Assembly: GCA_013239625.1 (NCBI GenBank)
Contig: MU057350.1
Location: forward strand, 33,500,842-33,564,841
DNA from: Lama guanicoe
Lineage: Eukaryota
Reading direction: 5' to 3'
Length of the DNA: 64,000 nucleotides
The notes under the pieces are model-generated. The model did no database searches. It was not told where the DNA came from and was given only the letters and a program-made list of their open reading frames with translations. The position numbers were made by a program, and so were the translations under genes. Positions 36,049 to 48,553 of the stretch are shown here, piece after piece (positions within the stretch are counted from its first letter, which is position 1; each line of letters opens with the position of its first letter).

Positions 36049-37273
36049 AGGAGAGTCAGTGATGCTAGCCTTAACCCCTCAACTGCGAATTTAAGCTTAT
36101 CTTCTTCTGTGTGTTCTCTGAGTACCCAGCAAAAGCCACAATGTATTAGGTGCTAAATAAATATCAACAATCATATGATAAACGCTGATCATCAAGGTAA
36201 TATGACGTCATAGATAGAGAATAGGACTTGGAAGTAGATGCCCCTGGTTTTCAGTTATTTAACTTACTACTCAGGTGACTTAGGGTGTACAGCTTGATCA
36301 CCCTGACCTTCAGTTTTCCTGTCTGTCAAAACAGGCTGGATGTAAACATTTCATACAGAGACACATAAAAAGCAGCCAGTAGTGTAGGACATTGAGTAGA
36401 TCCTCCACAAATATTCTTTCTCACAACCCCTCTCTCCCCACCATTCACCCTAGTTGTTCAAACATCATGAATTCACTCTGCACACTTTCTAGTTTTGAAT
36501 AAATTGACCAGACTGCTTCCATTTTTTGGTAGATAGATATTAGTCCCAACCCCTAGTCATTTCATTTTCATGGGAATTTTTATTTATAAGAGTAGACATT
36601 AGAAAGAAAATGCAGATTTTAATTTCTAATACTTAATTTTTTAACAGTTAAAACATTCTTATCAATAAGTGCTTCAGAAGGAAGAAAAATCGGAATAAAC
36701 AGAAGAGATCATGCCATGAAAAACAGTGCTTCACAAATGGTAAAAATCAACCTTTGTAGAAGAGGTGTCTTTTTTTCCCTGAAGTTTTATTCTCCCATTT
36801 GTTCGGTCTATGAACTGATGGAAAACTAAAGACAAGAGGATTTAAATGAGTCTAATGAAATCTTACTACCTCAGTGAGTGTCTTCATAGTGATAACAACA
36901 ACAGTTAGAGTCAAGTTCTGTCAGTACTCTGCTCAGGACACTTCGTTTTGTTAATCCTCACACCAACTTCACAAAACAGTTATTCTTCTCATTTTACAGA
37001 CTGGAAAAGTGATGCTCTGTGACAGTAAGTGAGCTGTCCGAGTTCACTCAGAAAGAGCCAGAACAGCAGTGTTTAACGTACCACATATTCACACGCTGAT
37101 TCATTTAATGTTCATTAAAAATGCACATAGACAGCTTGGAAGTGCTTGCTTTTCTTCTCAGCTTTTCAAAGGAGAAACCAAAGACTCATATGACATCGTC
37201 CTTTCAAAATAATGTCAGTCTTAAGAGGCAGTCAAGATGGGTCAGTTCAATGTTCAGAAATAGAAAATCTGGG

Positions 37274-37637
37274 GGGAGTTGGTTAAAGGTGGTCAAAAGG
37301 TCCAAGCTTCCAATTATGAGATAAATAAGCATTGAGGATAGACCATACAACCTGCTCACTATAGGTAACACTGATGTACCGATGGACCGTATATTTGAAA
37401 GTTGCTAAGAGAGTAGATCCTGAAAGTTCTCATCACAAAGGAAAAAAAGAAACGCTTTTGCTTTTTGTATCAATCTGAGGTGCTGGATGTTAATTAAACT
37501 CATTGTGGTAGTCATTCCACAATATGTGTAAGTCAAGTCCCCATGCTGTACACCTTAAACTTACACAGTGCTGCATGACAATTATATCTCAATAGAGCTG
37601 AAAAAATAATAAAAACGAAAAGAAAAAGAAAAAGAAA
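37274..37637 (+). mobile_element. L1 3' end (L1MA9-like) inserted in a MIR
   Basis: GAAAGTTGCTAAGAGAGTAGATC...TACACCTTAAACTTACAC...CAATTATATCTCAAT plus A tail; TSD AAAATCTGGG. Confidence 0.9.
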
Positions 37638-38249
37638 AAAATCTGGGTCTGAGGCCCAGCCATGCTTTGGGAAAGCCATTTGACACCTCTGGCTTTAAAT
37701 TCTGCATATGTAGAAAGGATACTAATAAGAGGTGTGGACATAATTCAACACTTTGCCTCCTTGGAACCTCCCAACAGCTCGCTAAGGTGATTGCAGCAAG
37801 GGCTCTTCACTGCAAGCCTGTTTCTTCCACAGATTCTGAATTCTTTAAGTCTGAGGAGTGCCTGCTGTTTTTCATTATATAATCTGGATGCAGGCAATGG
37901 CTGACACACAATGGAGTTTCTGTAAATGTCTGTTAGCTAAAAGACTGTCCAATAAACATTTGGAAAAGAATGCTTCCCTCTTCACATCACATGGGCTATT
38001 ATAGAAATTTAGTATTGTTTTCTGTTCGCTTCTAATCAATCAAATAAATGGCCACCATTGCACCAGATGTCAATAAAACTATTTACATCAAAGTGATTCC
38101 TGAACTTGACTTCACAGAAGGAAATGCAAAGATTAGCAGTATGCCCATAAACAATGATGACTTGCTGATGGCAAATTGTGGCGAGCACTGTCCTAATAGA
38201 GTGCCCAGATACAAAACCCCGTGGCTTGAAATTCACTTATTGATTTGAA

Positions 38250-38900
38250 CTGACCCCTCTGTTGAACTTTAAACTCATATAGCCGATATTTCCATCTGGT
38301 TGTTTAATAGACACTTCTAATTTAACACGTCCAAAACTCAGATCCTGATCTTTCCCTTGAAATCCACTCCTCCCCTAGGTGACCTCATCTCAATAAATGA
38401 CAATTCCATTTATTAAGTTATCAGGGTCAAGAACCTCGGAATTATCCATAACTGCTCTCTTGATTAATACCACCTACATCCAATTCATCAGCTATGCTTT
38501 TGGGCTCACTTTGAAAATTGCCTAGAACATGACCATTTCTCTTGTCCCGCGAAACTATTGTTGGCTTAAGACATCCTCATATCTTTTCCGCATTGTATTA
38601 AAATGCTTAATTGTTCTCTGTTTGGACCCTTGCTTGTCTATAGTCTAAAAACTCCTTTTTTGTCTCCTCTATCTTCTGATTTTCCCATATTTCAAAGCCT
38701 TACTCTTAGTCTGCTCCCACCTCAGCGGGCATTACACCATTCCTCATACATGCCAGGCACACTCCTTTCTCTCAGCTTGTCTCTGCTATTTTCCCAACCT
38801 TAGACTTGGGCTGTCCTGTTCATGCTGAATTCCTAGTGCCTGAAACAGTTCTTGATGCATAAAAGGAACTCATTAAGTGCGTGTTGAGTAAATGAAGTAT
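38250..38900 (+). mobile_element. L2 LINE fragment
   Basis: TTTAACACGTCCAAAACTCA...CATCTCAATAAATGACA...GTTGAGTAAATGAA. Confidence 0.75.
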
Positions 38901-38929
38901 GCACTATGTAGACTGATTTTATAATTGAT

Positions 38930-40870
38930 GGCCATTCTTTTATTTGTTCACTCAACAAACTATTTGGGAACTACGATGTGTCAGATACTGGAAATAAATA
39001 TGAAGGCAAGAATCTTACACTCTGATATTTTTTTATTTTTCAGAGAGATAGGCTTTAAACACACACATAGATGAATAGATAGATGATTGAAAAAGTGAAC
39101 ATTCTGTATAATATTAAGGTGGAAATAAAGGTGCATTGAGATAGGGGATGGGGGTGTTGCTGATAATGCATTTCAGCATTTAAGCAGAAAGCTTAATCAG
39201 GAGAAATAAGCAGTCACGTGAAGAACTGGCATGAAACTCTCAGGCAGAAGAAAAGGCATGCACAAAGGCCCTGAGGCAGGAATTGATTTTATAATATTGT
39301 AAGGAGTGACTGAAGATGGATGTGACTGACTATACTGTGTGACGGAAAGAACTGTATGAGATGATGTTCAAAAATAAGGTAGGATCAAATCACATTGGGC
39401 TTCTCATAAACCATGACACAGATTTTGAGCTTTATTCTAAGCACAAGGAGAAGGCATCGGTACAGGGCATGGCACGGTTGGAATTACCTTTTCTTTTTTT
39501 ATGATCACTTTTGCTGCTGTGCAAGACAAGGTTGGAACCATTAAGAGCAAGAATATAGGTCTTCTGTAATAAAGTATCACAAATTCACTGGTTTAAACAA
39601 CAAAAGTGCATTGTCTCACAGTTCCGGAGGCTAGACGTCTGAAGTCAAGGTGTTGGCAGGATTGACTTCTTCTGGGGGATCTGAGGGAGAATCTGGTCCA
39701 GGCCTCTTCCCTAGCTTCTGGTGGCTGGTTGGTGGTCTTTGGCATCTCTTGGCTTGTAGAAGCATCACCCAGATCTCCGCCTTCACCTGCATTGTCCCGT
39801 GTGTGCGTCTTTCTCCAAATGCCCCGTTTTTATAAAGCAACAGTCGTATCAAATTAGCGTCCACCCTAATGACTTCACTTTAGCTTAATTACCTTTGCAA
39901 ATACCCTATCTTCTGATAGGGCACACTTGAGGTTCTGAGGTGAGAACTTCACCATAAGAACTTTGGGGGGACACAAGTCAACCCATAACAGAAGGTATGA
40001 TGGCTTGGATGAGTAAAGATGGGGAAATACCAGTAGAGTTTTGGAGGATGACATCCAGGACTTGTGGGTAACTTCAGTGTGACTGACAAGGAATGAGGAG
40101 GAGTTAACCTGATTTGATATTTAATAATTGGTTTGAAAACAGTGTGGTTTCTGGGAAAGGAAAAGTCTGAAGTAGAAGCAGATGTGTGTATACGTATGTG
40201 TGTGTAGTTTTTAGTTTTTCTTTTTTGTCTTTTGTGGGATTTTTTTTTGACTAAGTGTGTCTTGAAATGACTCTGAGATGTCTAAATAGACATGTAGGCA
40301 GACATATGAGTCTAGAGAGAAGTAGTGAGGTGGAGACCTAAATTTACAGTCACCAAATGCAGACAGCATGAAAAGCCTTAGCATTTTGGTGTTACCTGGG
40401 AATGGAAGATCAACAAGGAAAGAAGCCCACGCCTGTGCCTGGAAGCCCTACAGAATTTATGAGTTGGGAGATAAAAGGAGCTTGCACAGGAGACCCATGA
40501 GGAACAGCTGGTGAAGTGGGAAGAAAACCAATTTTCTTGTTCATATGGTGAGCAGGGAGAGAAGACCGCTTCCAGAAGAACAGAATGATAGGCTGACAAA
40601 TACCCCTGAGAAGCAGAAAAGGATAAGAAAAGGGTCTGTGGTGCTTGGCAACAGGAATTTCATAGAGTCCCTGACATGGTGCTGGGACAAAAGGCAGACT
40701 GGAGGAAACCGATCTCACAGTAAGAAGGTGAAGCTCCTTAAAGTTGTTTTATGTGGACGGAACCAATTGCTGGAAGGGAAAATTGAGATCAAAAACTTTT
40801 TTTAGAAGAATCTTATATTCTAATGGAAGTAATACACCATAGAAGGAAAACGCAAAGATGCTAGAGACAG
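38930..40870 (-). mobile_element. Long L2 LINE fragment interrupted by a MaLR LTR
   Basis: TTCACTCAACAAAC tail; CACAAAGGCCCTGAGGCAGGAA; GAGATGTCTAAATAGACA. Confidence 0.8.
39555..39991 (-). mobile_element. MaLR LTR (MLT1C-like)
   Basis: TCTCACAGTTCCGGAGGCTAGACGTCTGAAGTCAAGGTGTTGGCAGG...CAACCCATAACA. Confidence 0.9.
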
Positions 40871-41324
40871 CATATCTTTGAAACAGTTATCACCATCCCC
40901 TAATACAGATTAAAACAACAAGGCTTTATGATGCTAAGAAAACCCTGACAGTTCACACAGCTGGTAAGTGATGCAGGCAGATTTCAAATCAGGCTCTGCC
41001 TTGCCCCAAAGCCACTGCTGTTTCTTTAATAACATGTAGTCTCTCTGAAATGAGCTGATGCCCATCTAATGTCATTTTATCATTTTGTTTTCTGCAAGAA
41101 AATATGTCACCCTATCTTCCTTCCTAGAGATTACCTTTTGAGTTTAGGAAATGCCTGAATTCATAAATTTAAACCACTCTAAACAAACATATCTTGCTAT
41201 ATATATTTGCTTTGAATGTTATAAGTAAAAATAAATGATGAAAAAGTTTGGACTCTTTTTTTAATATTCATCATTCAAGTGTGTTTTGATTTGCTCCTCA
41301 CCTATTGTTTTTCAGTTTCTTTTA

Positions 41325-41485
41325 TTTTTTACATATTTTATTGAAGTAGAGTTTATATACTATATGTGTTACAGGTGTATGATGTAGGGATTCACAATTT
41401 TTAAAGGCTCTACTCCACTTACATTTGTTATAAGTTATCAGCTGTATTCCCTGTGTTGTACAATATATCCTTGTAGTTTATCTGA
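41325..41485 (-). mobile_element. L1 3' end (laurasiatherian type)
   Basis: TTTATTGAAGTAGAG...TATTCCCTGTGTTGTACAATATATCCTTGTAG. Confidence 0.8.
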
Positions 41486-42489
41486 TAAAAGTGCTAGAAC
41501 ACGGACCATGCTTTCATGAAAAGAATTAGGGACTTAAAATGAGATGCAAACTCAGATTTCCCACCACATGCCTCTACTTACAGAGAGCAAGTGTGAACCT
41601 CTGTCTAAGAGGAGAAAAAAAGAATCTTGGAACAAACAGAAATACTTTGAAGGAGAGAAATTAAGCATAATTAGTCGTCACAGATTCAGAATCAGAGTTT
41701 AAAAGGAAAACTAATGTTTTTTGGTTTTTCTTCAAATAATATCTGGTAATAATATGGCTTTGAGAAACCTCAGAGGCAAGAGAAAGATAAAAATAATAGC
41801 TTTTCTCTATTTATAAATAGAAATGAATGCTTAGATGACAATTGCTGATAACATTTAATTAGGGAAAATTAAATTAATTTGTATTTACATTAAAGAGCAT
41901 GTACTATTTTAACCTTTGTTTTAACTTGGATATAATCTTGCTTGAGAAGAAAAAACACAAGTTAATTAATATGAACTGTTTCTCCAATAAAGTTTTAATG
42001 TTTCAATTTAAAGAAACTAATAAGCACAATTGTCTTTCTAATTCAGATTTTCTCATTTTCCTTGTTTAGTAGAATGATTCCAAATCTTCCCTAAACTTTT
42101 AAAAATAGGATCTACATCTCCCTGGAGGAAGCTAAATAGAATTTTAGCCTAGAGTCGAACCTCAATTTTGTTAAACCATTTTAATACTAAAAATTTTACA
42201 AGGGGTCAATATAATCCCCTTCACATTCTCATAAATAAATTCTTTCAAGTGAATACCAATGATATGTCAAGTTAGAAAGTGGTACTAACAGCACCTCTAA
42301 TCCAAGAGAAATAACATTCCCCTCTTTCTAAATGTTGTTGTCTATTTTCTGGCTCTATTTTTCCTGAAGAGTTTGGTGAATTCTGAGCTTCAGTTTCCTG
42401 TTTGCAAGAAAGAGGGAAAATTGTCCCAGCAATGTCTACCTTAGCAGACTGTTTTGAGAATTCAAATAGATAATGGATGAGAGGACACT

Positions 42490-43080
42490 TTTAATTCATC
42501 ACGACCATTAACTCCTGTGCTCATCCGTACAAGTGTCCATTTAGAACCAGGAGACTGTGGGTTTGTATTCACCACGGCAAGGTCGTGTCTTATGCGCGTT
42601 TCTCCTGTGAATGCGTTTACTTCCGGAAGCCATCCTGGGCTTACTGGCGACTACTGAGCACTCCAGTGGTTCCAGTCTTTAGGAAGATGGTCTGGTAACA
42701 AGAATAATGATTCAGAGGTTAATAAATTTAAAATAAGGCAAATGAGAGCTTTTTTTTTTCTTTTTTTCAGAAAACCACTTTCAGTAACACTATCCCAGAG
42801 TCCTCAGTTCTGAAAATTAGGGCAACCAAGCGCACACGTGTCAGGAGGTGCTTCCCTAATCCGCCCTCTAGTTACCAAGAACTGGCTTTGGAAAACCATT
42901 TGTGGCCACAATCAGTTTCAAAACGCCTGGAAATGATGCTCATGCCTTCTTGGGGACAAGAGATGAGAGACTACCTCCCTGAGCCTAGTTTAAATATCCC
43001 TACTTGGCGGTGGAGCTGCTGGCTGGTTAGAGGACTTCGGTTTGGTTTGGTTTTTCATAATACAGTTGTCAGCTAAGGCC
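42490..43080. promoter_or_regulatory. Candidate promoter/enhancer: CpG-enriched unique segment
   Basis: About 15 CpGs in ~550 bp (counted by eye); ETS palindrome CTTCCGGAAG 42620-42629; CACGTG; CCGCCC; CTCF-like and RFX-like motifs. Confidence 0.4.
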
Positions 43081-43137
43081 ACCCTTTTTAAAGTGTAAAT
43101 GAAATCTATATGGAAGTCCCACATTTTGTGGGACTAC

Positions 43138-43453
43138 TGTCTCTGTTCATTTGGGATGCTATAACATATACCATAGACTGGTGGCTTATAAAAAACACAG
43201 CTTTATTTCTCACAGTTCTGGGAAGCTGAGCTCGAGATCAGGGGGCAGCTTGGTGAGGTGAAAACCCTCTTCCAGCTCACAGACTTCTCACTGTATCTTC
43301 ACATAGTAGGAGCTCTGTGGGGGTCTCTTCCAAAAGAGCGCTAACCCCATTCATGATGGCCCCACCCTCACGATCTAAGCACCTCCCAAAGGCCCCACCT
43401 CCTAATGTTAACACATTGGGTATTCAAATTTTAGAAGGCACATTCAGACCATG
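43138..43453 (-). mobile_element. MaLR LTR (MLT1A-like)
   Basis: ATACCATAGACTGGTGGCTTATAAA...CCTCCCAAAGGCCCCACCTCCTAAT...CATTCAGACCATGG. Confidence 0.9.
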
Positions 43454-43954
43454 GTGACTTCCAACGCTCACCCCAAGAGTCCCATAGGCCGTTCACTCTT
43501 AAATTCCTTATGCATTTACATGCTTGTTCTTTTGGACATTGGCTCTCCTTTTGTGAATAACCACTCAAAACTCCTCTCTTTCCTGCTCTGAAAATTTTCA
43601 AGATAGGGAAATTAATCTCCTTTGCTTCGAATTTAAACAACAATCATTCCCAGAATTTGCGATGTAATGTTCTTTAGTGAGCTTGGTGAGGAAAGGGTTT
43701 TCCTAGCCATAAAACTCCCTCAGCCACACCATATGGCTAAGCCCTTTCTGTCCCTGAAGACTTTCCCACTTGGATTTTCTACATTTATTATCAGAACAAT
43801 TGTGCTCTGTTTTCGCCCTGTGTCCAGCAACTTATTCACGTGCTTTGTTAAAGCCAGCCTCCTCAAACCTGCCTTACCTATTTAGAGTGATTTAAGTTTA
43901 CTTCATTGGAAATGACAATCATCAGGAGCCTTATCACCTTTAAAGGGTGAGAGG

Positions 43955-44190
43955 CACTATTGTGGACCCTAGGGACAAAGCTGCACAGCACATCTTTAGA
44001 TCACGCCTAACAAATTTTATACCCCTTGATTATCAATTCCCCCAACCCCCTAGACCCCAATGACCACCATTCCATTCTTTACACCTATGAATATGACCAT
44101 TTTGGATACTTCATATATGTGGAATCATGTAGCATTTGTCTTTCTGTCATTTCACTTAGCACAACGTCCTCCAGGTTCATCCATCCTGCA
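43955..44190 (-). mobile_element. L1 3' fragment
   Basis: TCATATATGTGGAATCATG...TTTCACTTAGCACAACGTCCTCCAGGTTCATCCAT. Confidence 0.8.
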
Positions 44191-45379
44191 TCTCAACATC
44201 AGTGGCCAAGAACGGTTGGCTGAGGTCTGACACGACAGTATTTTCTTTCCCCTTCCTCTCCAGGTCCTGTAAGTGGAGGAGAGCAGTACAGAGACTCACT
44301 TTCCTTTCTTATATAAATGATCACAAAGTTCTGTTTTCCTTCTCAGAGAAAAAAAAATGATTTTAATCAATTTTAATCAACTCTTTAATTTTAGAATTTT
44401 ATTTGAAGTTTATAGAAAAATTGTGAAGACTGCAGAGAGTTCTCACATACTCTCCACTCAATTTCTCCTATATTAGCATCTTACAGGAGTACAGTGCATT
44501 GTCAAAAGCCATGAACTGGAATGGGTACATTATTAGCTAAAGTTCATGCTTTATTCAAATTTCCTTAGTTTTTATTTGCTATCCTTTTCTATTCCAGGAT
44601 CTCATCTAGGATATCATATTATTCCAGTTAATTTTCATTTTGCATGAACACACAAACAAAAATTCTGATATATTTCACATTATGTTGTCTGGTTACATAT
44701 TTTCCTAGTGACAACACGGGCCCAGAAAGCATGTAGGTTCTTTCCCACATACTTTTGATGGAGTTGGGGCTGGAGCCTTTGGTGGCTACCTTTGAGCATT
44801 TCCCATTTATTTTGATAATTTCAAACAAATATAAGTCTGGCCATCCTAAAGAGGAAGACAGAAAATTCCCGCCATGACTCTTGCAGCTACGGTTGGGGCA
44901 TGCAACGTGGTTTCTTTGGGTTGGACTTGGGTTTGGAAATAAACAGTGTGAGGACATGACAGGTCTGGAGGCAGAGAATCAGTAGTTCCTTCAGGCATCT
45001 ACTCACATACAGGTGCCAAAGTAGGGTAGGGTTCTTCCTAGAGAAGCCCTAGCAATGTGATTACGCACTGTCCTTGACTGCACAGCATCAGAGGCCTACT
45101 CTCCATCCGTCAATACAGCGCAGTGTTTCTTAATATCCTTTAATAAGTTTATTTTCCATTTAACTGGTGGAGGGCTCTAGTATTTGCAAATAAGAATTAC
45201 GACCAATAAAACTAGGATTCTCAGAAAACCCTGTCTTGATTAATTTTATTTCTACTACATAATTGGTCTTTGCAAAATTTGATTAATAGCAAAATAGTGA
45301 TAATTTTGAGTATTACATTCTTCCTTTTGGCTTCACTTAGCCTTAAAAGTGTAGGAAAAAGGAAAAAAATGTTTGGCAT

Positions 45380-45832
45380 CTATATCTATTTTTTGGGGCT
45401 GCTATGACAAAGTACCATAAACTGAGGGGCTTAACAACAGAACTTTATTGTCTCAGGGTTCAGGAGCTTAGAAGTCTGAGATCAAGGGGTTGTCAGATTT
45501 GCTTCCTCCCTTCTGCTGGCTGTGAGAGGTCATTTACTCCATGCCCCTCTCCTAGCTTCTAGTGCTTTACTAGCACTTTTTGGTATCGCTTGGTGTGTAG
45601 ACACATCCCTCAGTCTTTGCTTTCACCTTCACGTGACATTCACCCTGTATTTGTGTGTCTGTGTCCAAATTTCCCCTTTTAATAAGCAATCAGTCATATA
45701 CATTAGGGCCTAACCTAAAGACTTCACTTAACCTGATTACTCTGCAATGACCCTATCTCCAAACAAGGTCACAATCTGAAGTCATGGAGGTTAGGGCATC
45801 AGCTTGGAAGCCCACAGTTCAACCCATAACAG
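45380..45832 (-). mobile_element. MaLR LTR (MLT1C-like)
   Basis: ACAAAGTACCATAAACTGAGGGGCTTAACAACAG...CAGTTCAACCCATAACA. Confidence 0.85.
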
Positions 45833-46492
45833 TGCCCCCAAGTGGATGGGCAGCTTGTAGATGCTTAACTCCTGCAGGGGCATCCTCTGCACCACTGGGG
45901 CTCTGAAGGGACGGAGAACCAGACAGCCAGGTAGAGCCACAGCCTCTAACTCAACCGCCAAGCTGTAGGGGGTATTACGGCCAGAAATCAGTGAAGGAGC
46001 AGAGAGGCTGACTGATACTAGATACTACAGATGAGCCTGTTGTCACAAATCTAAATATCCAAGCAAGTTTTGAATGGAAATGTCTCAAAAATTTAGACTC
46101 TAAATAGGTGAGTCATTTTGGCCCAAGTAACAATGAGTCAAAACAAGGAGCTATGGACTTGTTATTGAGAAGTTTGTTTCAAATTGGGGTCCTTTGTGAA
46201 TTTCCTGTCAAGGAACTGGAACCTAGATCAGGCTTTGGACAAGCCAGGGGCTCTCTGCAGGTGATAATGACATCAGGAGGCCTTCCTACCTTCCAAGAGA
46301 AAAACCAGTCGCTTTTTATGACTTCCTCCCTTCTTGCACATGGCACTTTACCTAATCAACCGCCAAACATGTGGTACCACCTCTTTGGTATCCCTTGTGG
46401 TCATTCTTTTCTTTCACACTCCTGCTGCCATTGCCGTATTGCAGGCAGTCCTTCAATATTCAAACAGAGAAAATAACCGTATTTAAGAATCA

Positions 46493-46650
46493 GAATAGAT
46501 AGACAAGATTATACTATGTAGCACAGGGAAATATACACAAGATCTTATGGTGGCTCACAGAGAAAAAAATGTGACAATGAATATATGTATATTCATGTAT
46601 AACTGAAAAATTGTGCTCTACACTGGAATTTGACACAACATTGTAAAAAC
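46493..46650 (+). mobile_element. Camelid-type L1 3'UTR fragment lacking its polyA end
   Basis: Near-identical to 9945-10045 and 58730-58880 but stops at CATTGTAAAAA. Confidence 0.9.
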
Positions 46651-48226
46651 ATTGTTGTTTTGTCTGCTTTTACAATTAAAGCTTTGCTTGCTTTGGAATT
46701 TATTTTGATGTAAAAAGTGCATAAATGATCTCATTTTTCTTCTCCTAATGGTTTGCCAAATGTCCCAATACAATTTATTAAATAATCTCTGTTCCTTCAC
46801 TGATTTTAATGCTAACTTGGCCATAGACTAATTTCCTATGTGAATTTGGCTCTAAGTTGGATTCCTCTCACTCATCATTTTGCCAATTTCTTTATTGATT
46901 TCTGTTTTAATTGAAACAGGGATTTACAATATATTTTAATTTATAATCTTAAAACTGTCTTTTCATTATTCCTCCATTTCATAATTGTCTTTCCTATTGC
47001 TGCATATTTATTTTTCAAGATGAACCTTAGAATAATTATATCTGTTTTTTAAATCATTGAAACTTTGATTGGAAGTGCATTGACTTTGTAGATGGAGAAT
47101 GTGCGAATCCCCGTCTTCACAATACTGAGTCTTCCCTCATCTCAAGCTAGATAAGTTTCTTCATTTGCTTGTTCCTTCATGTTACTCTAGGTTGATCCTT
47201 TCCATTTTTATCATAAAAATTATATTCTTAAACTAAGATTACTTATATTTATTTGATCCTGTTGCAAGTGAGTGGGATTTTGGGAGGGTTCTATTTTCCT
47301 TCTGCTTCTATTGTGAGAAAGCTGCTGACATTTGCATTTCCTAAGAAACTGTTAAACTTACTGAACTTTCCTATTACATACATCAATGATCCAATAGACC
47401 TTGTCAGATGCTCCAGAAATGCAACTGTGCCATCTTCATGACATTATTATTTTCTACTTCTGTTAAAGCTTGACCTCAAAAGTAGAAAACATAAAATAAA
47501 AGACAGGTGAATTTAACCACATAAAAAGAAACAAAAAAATATAAAATCTGAAGTTTAATAAATAATTTTACTAGCTTTATTCTAAGCACTATGACAAAGT
47601 AATAAGAAAAAAAGATAACAAAATCCATGGAAAAATGAACAAAGAACACAAATATCTAATTCCTAAAACTTGAGTCCCAGATAGGAAACATGACAAGACA
47701 CCCAACCCCACAGGTAATGGAAAATCATGGAAATGAAATAAGAAGTTTTTAGCCTATAATATTGGCAAAGGTTTAAAATATCAACTTTAGGGTCTGTGGA
47801 GTGAGGGGAAAGGGGGCCTCTCATATAATGCTACAGGAACTAGATACTGGTATAACATTTTGTGGGGAGAACCTAGAAGCAAGATACAAAATTTACAGTG
47901 AATATCCCTTTAACCCAGACTTCCCTTTCAATTAAATTTTCCCTACAACTATTCAGGAGAGTGTATAAAAACACATGCTCTGTGGCTGTTTAACACAGGA
48001 TTTTTTTAAAACAGCGAAAAGTAAATGTCCATCCATGAGGAACTGGTTAAATTAATGACAGTACACGCACATAATGGAATAGTCTGTAGCCATTTAAATA
48101 ATGTAGAGCTATATTTATCCACATATAAAAGCATTCAGAGATTTTATGCAGCAATAAAGTAGCATGTTTATTATAATCCTATTTCTTTTAAGTTATTCTT
48201 ATATTTATATATTCTTGGTCTATTTG
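46651..48226 (+). mobile_element. Old 5'-inverted L1: minus-strand ORF2 segment 46651-~47450 plus plus-strand segment ~47470-48226
   Basis: Decayed ORF2 motifs on both strands. The plus part includes AAATGTCCATC...GGAACTGGTTAAAT...CATAATGGAATA. Confidence 0.7.
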
Positions 48227-48374
48227 NNNNNNNNNNNNNNNNNNNNNNNNNNNNNNNNNNNNNNNNNNNNNNNNNNNNNNNNNNNNNNNNNNNNNNNNNN
48301 NNNNNNNNNNNNNNNNNNNNNNNNNNNNNNNNNNNNNNNNNNNNNNNNNNNNNNNNNNNNNNNNNNNNNNNNNN
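48227..48374. other. Assembly gap
   Basis: N run. Confidence 0.99.
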
Positions 48375-48379
48375 TGCAA

Positions 48380-48553
48380 CTTCATATGACTCAAGGGCAA
48401 GAGGGCTTTTTCAGGCTGCTTTTATAAGGGTACTAATTACCTCCCAAAGGCCTCACCTAATCACCTTTCAATGGCCCCATCTCTTAACAGCATCTCCTTG
48501 GGTGTTAGGTTTCAACATATGAATATTGGAGGAACATATTCAGACCATAGCAT
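48380..48553 (-). mobile_element. MaLR LTR fragment (MLT1A-like)
   Basis: CCTCCCAAAGGCC...TTTCAACATATGAAT...CATATTCAGACCATAGCA. Confidence 0.8.

Noticed and set aside
43115-43135. Perfect 9-bp inverted repeat (and the 11-bp AT-rich one at 49377-49400)
   Set aside because: Too short for an RNA gene and no supporting context
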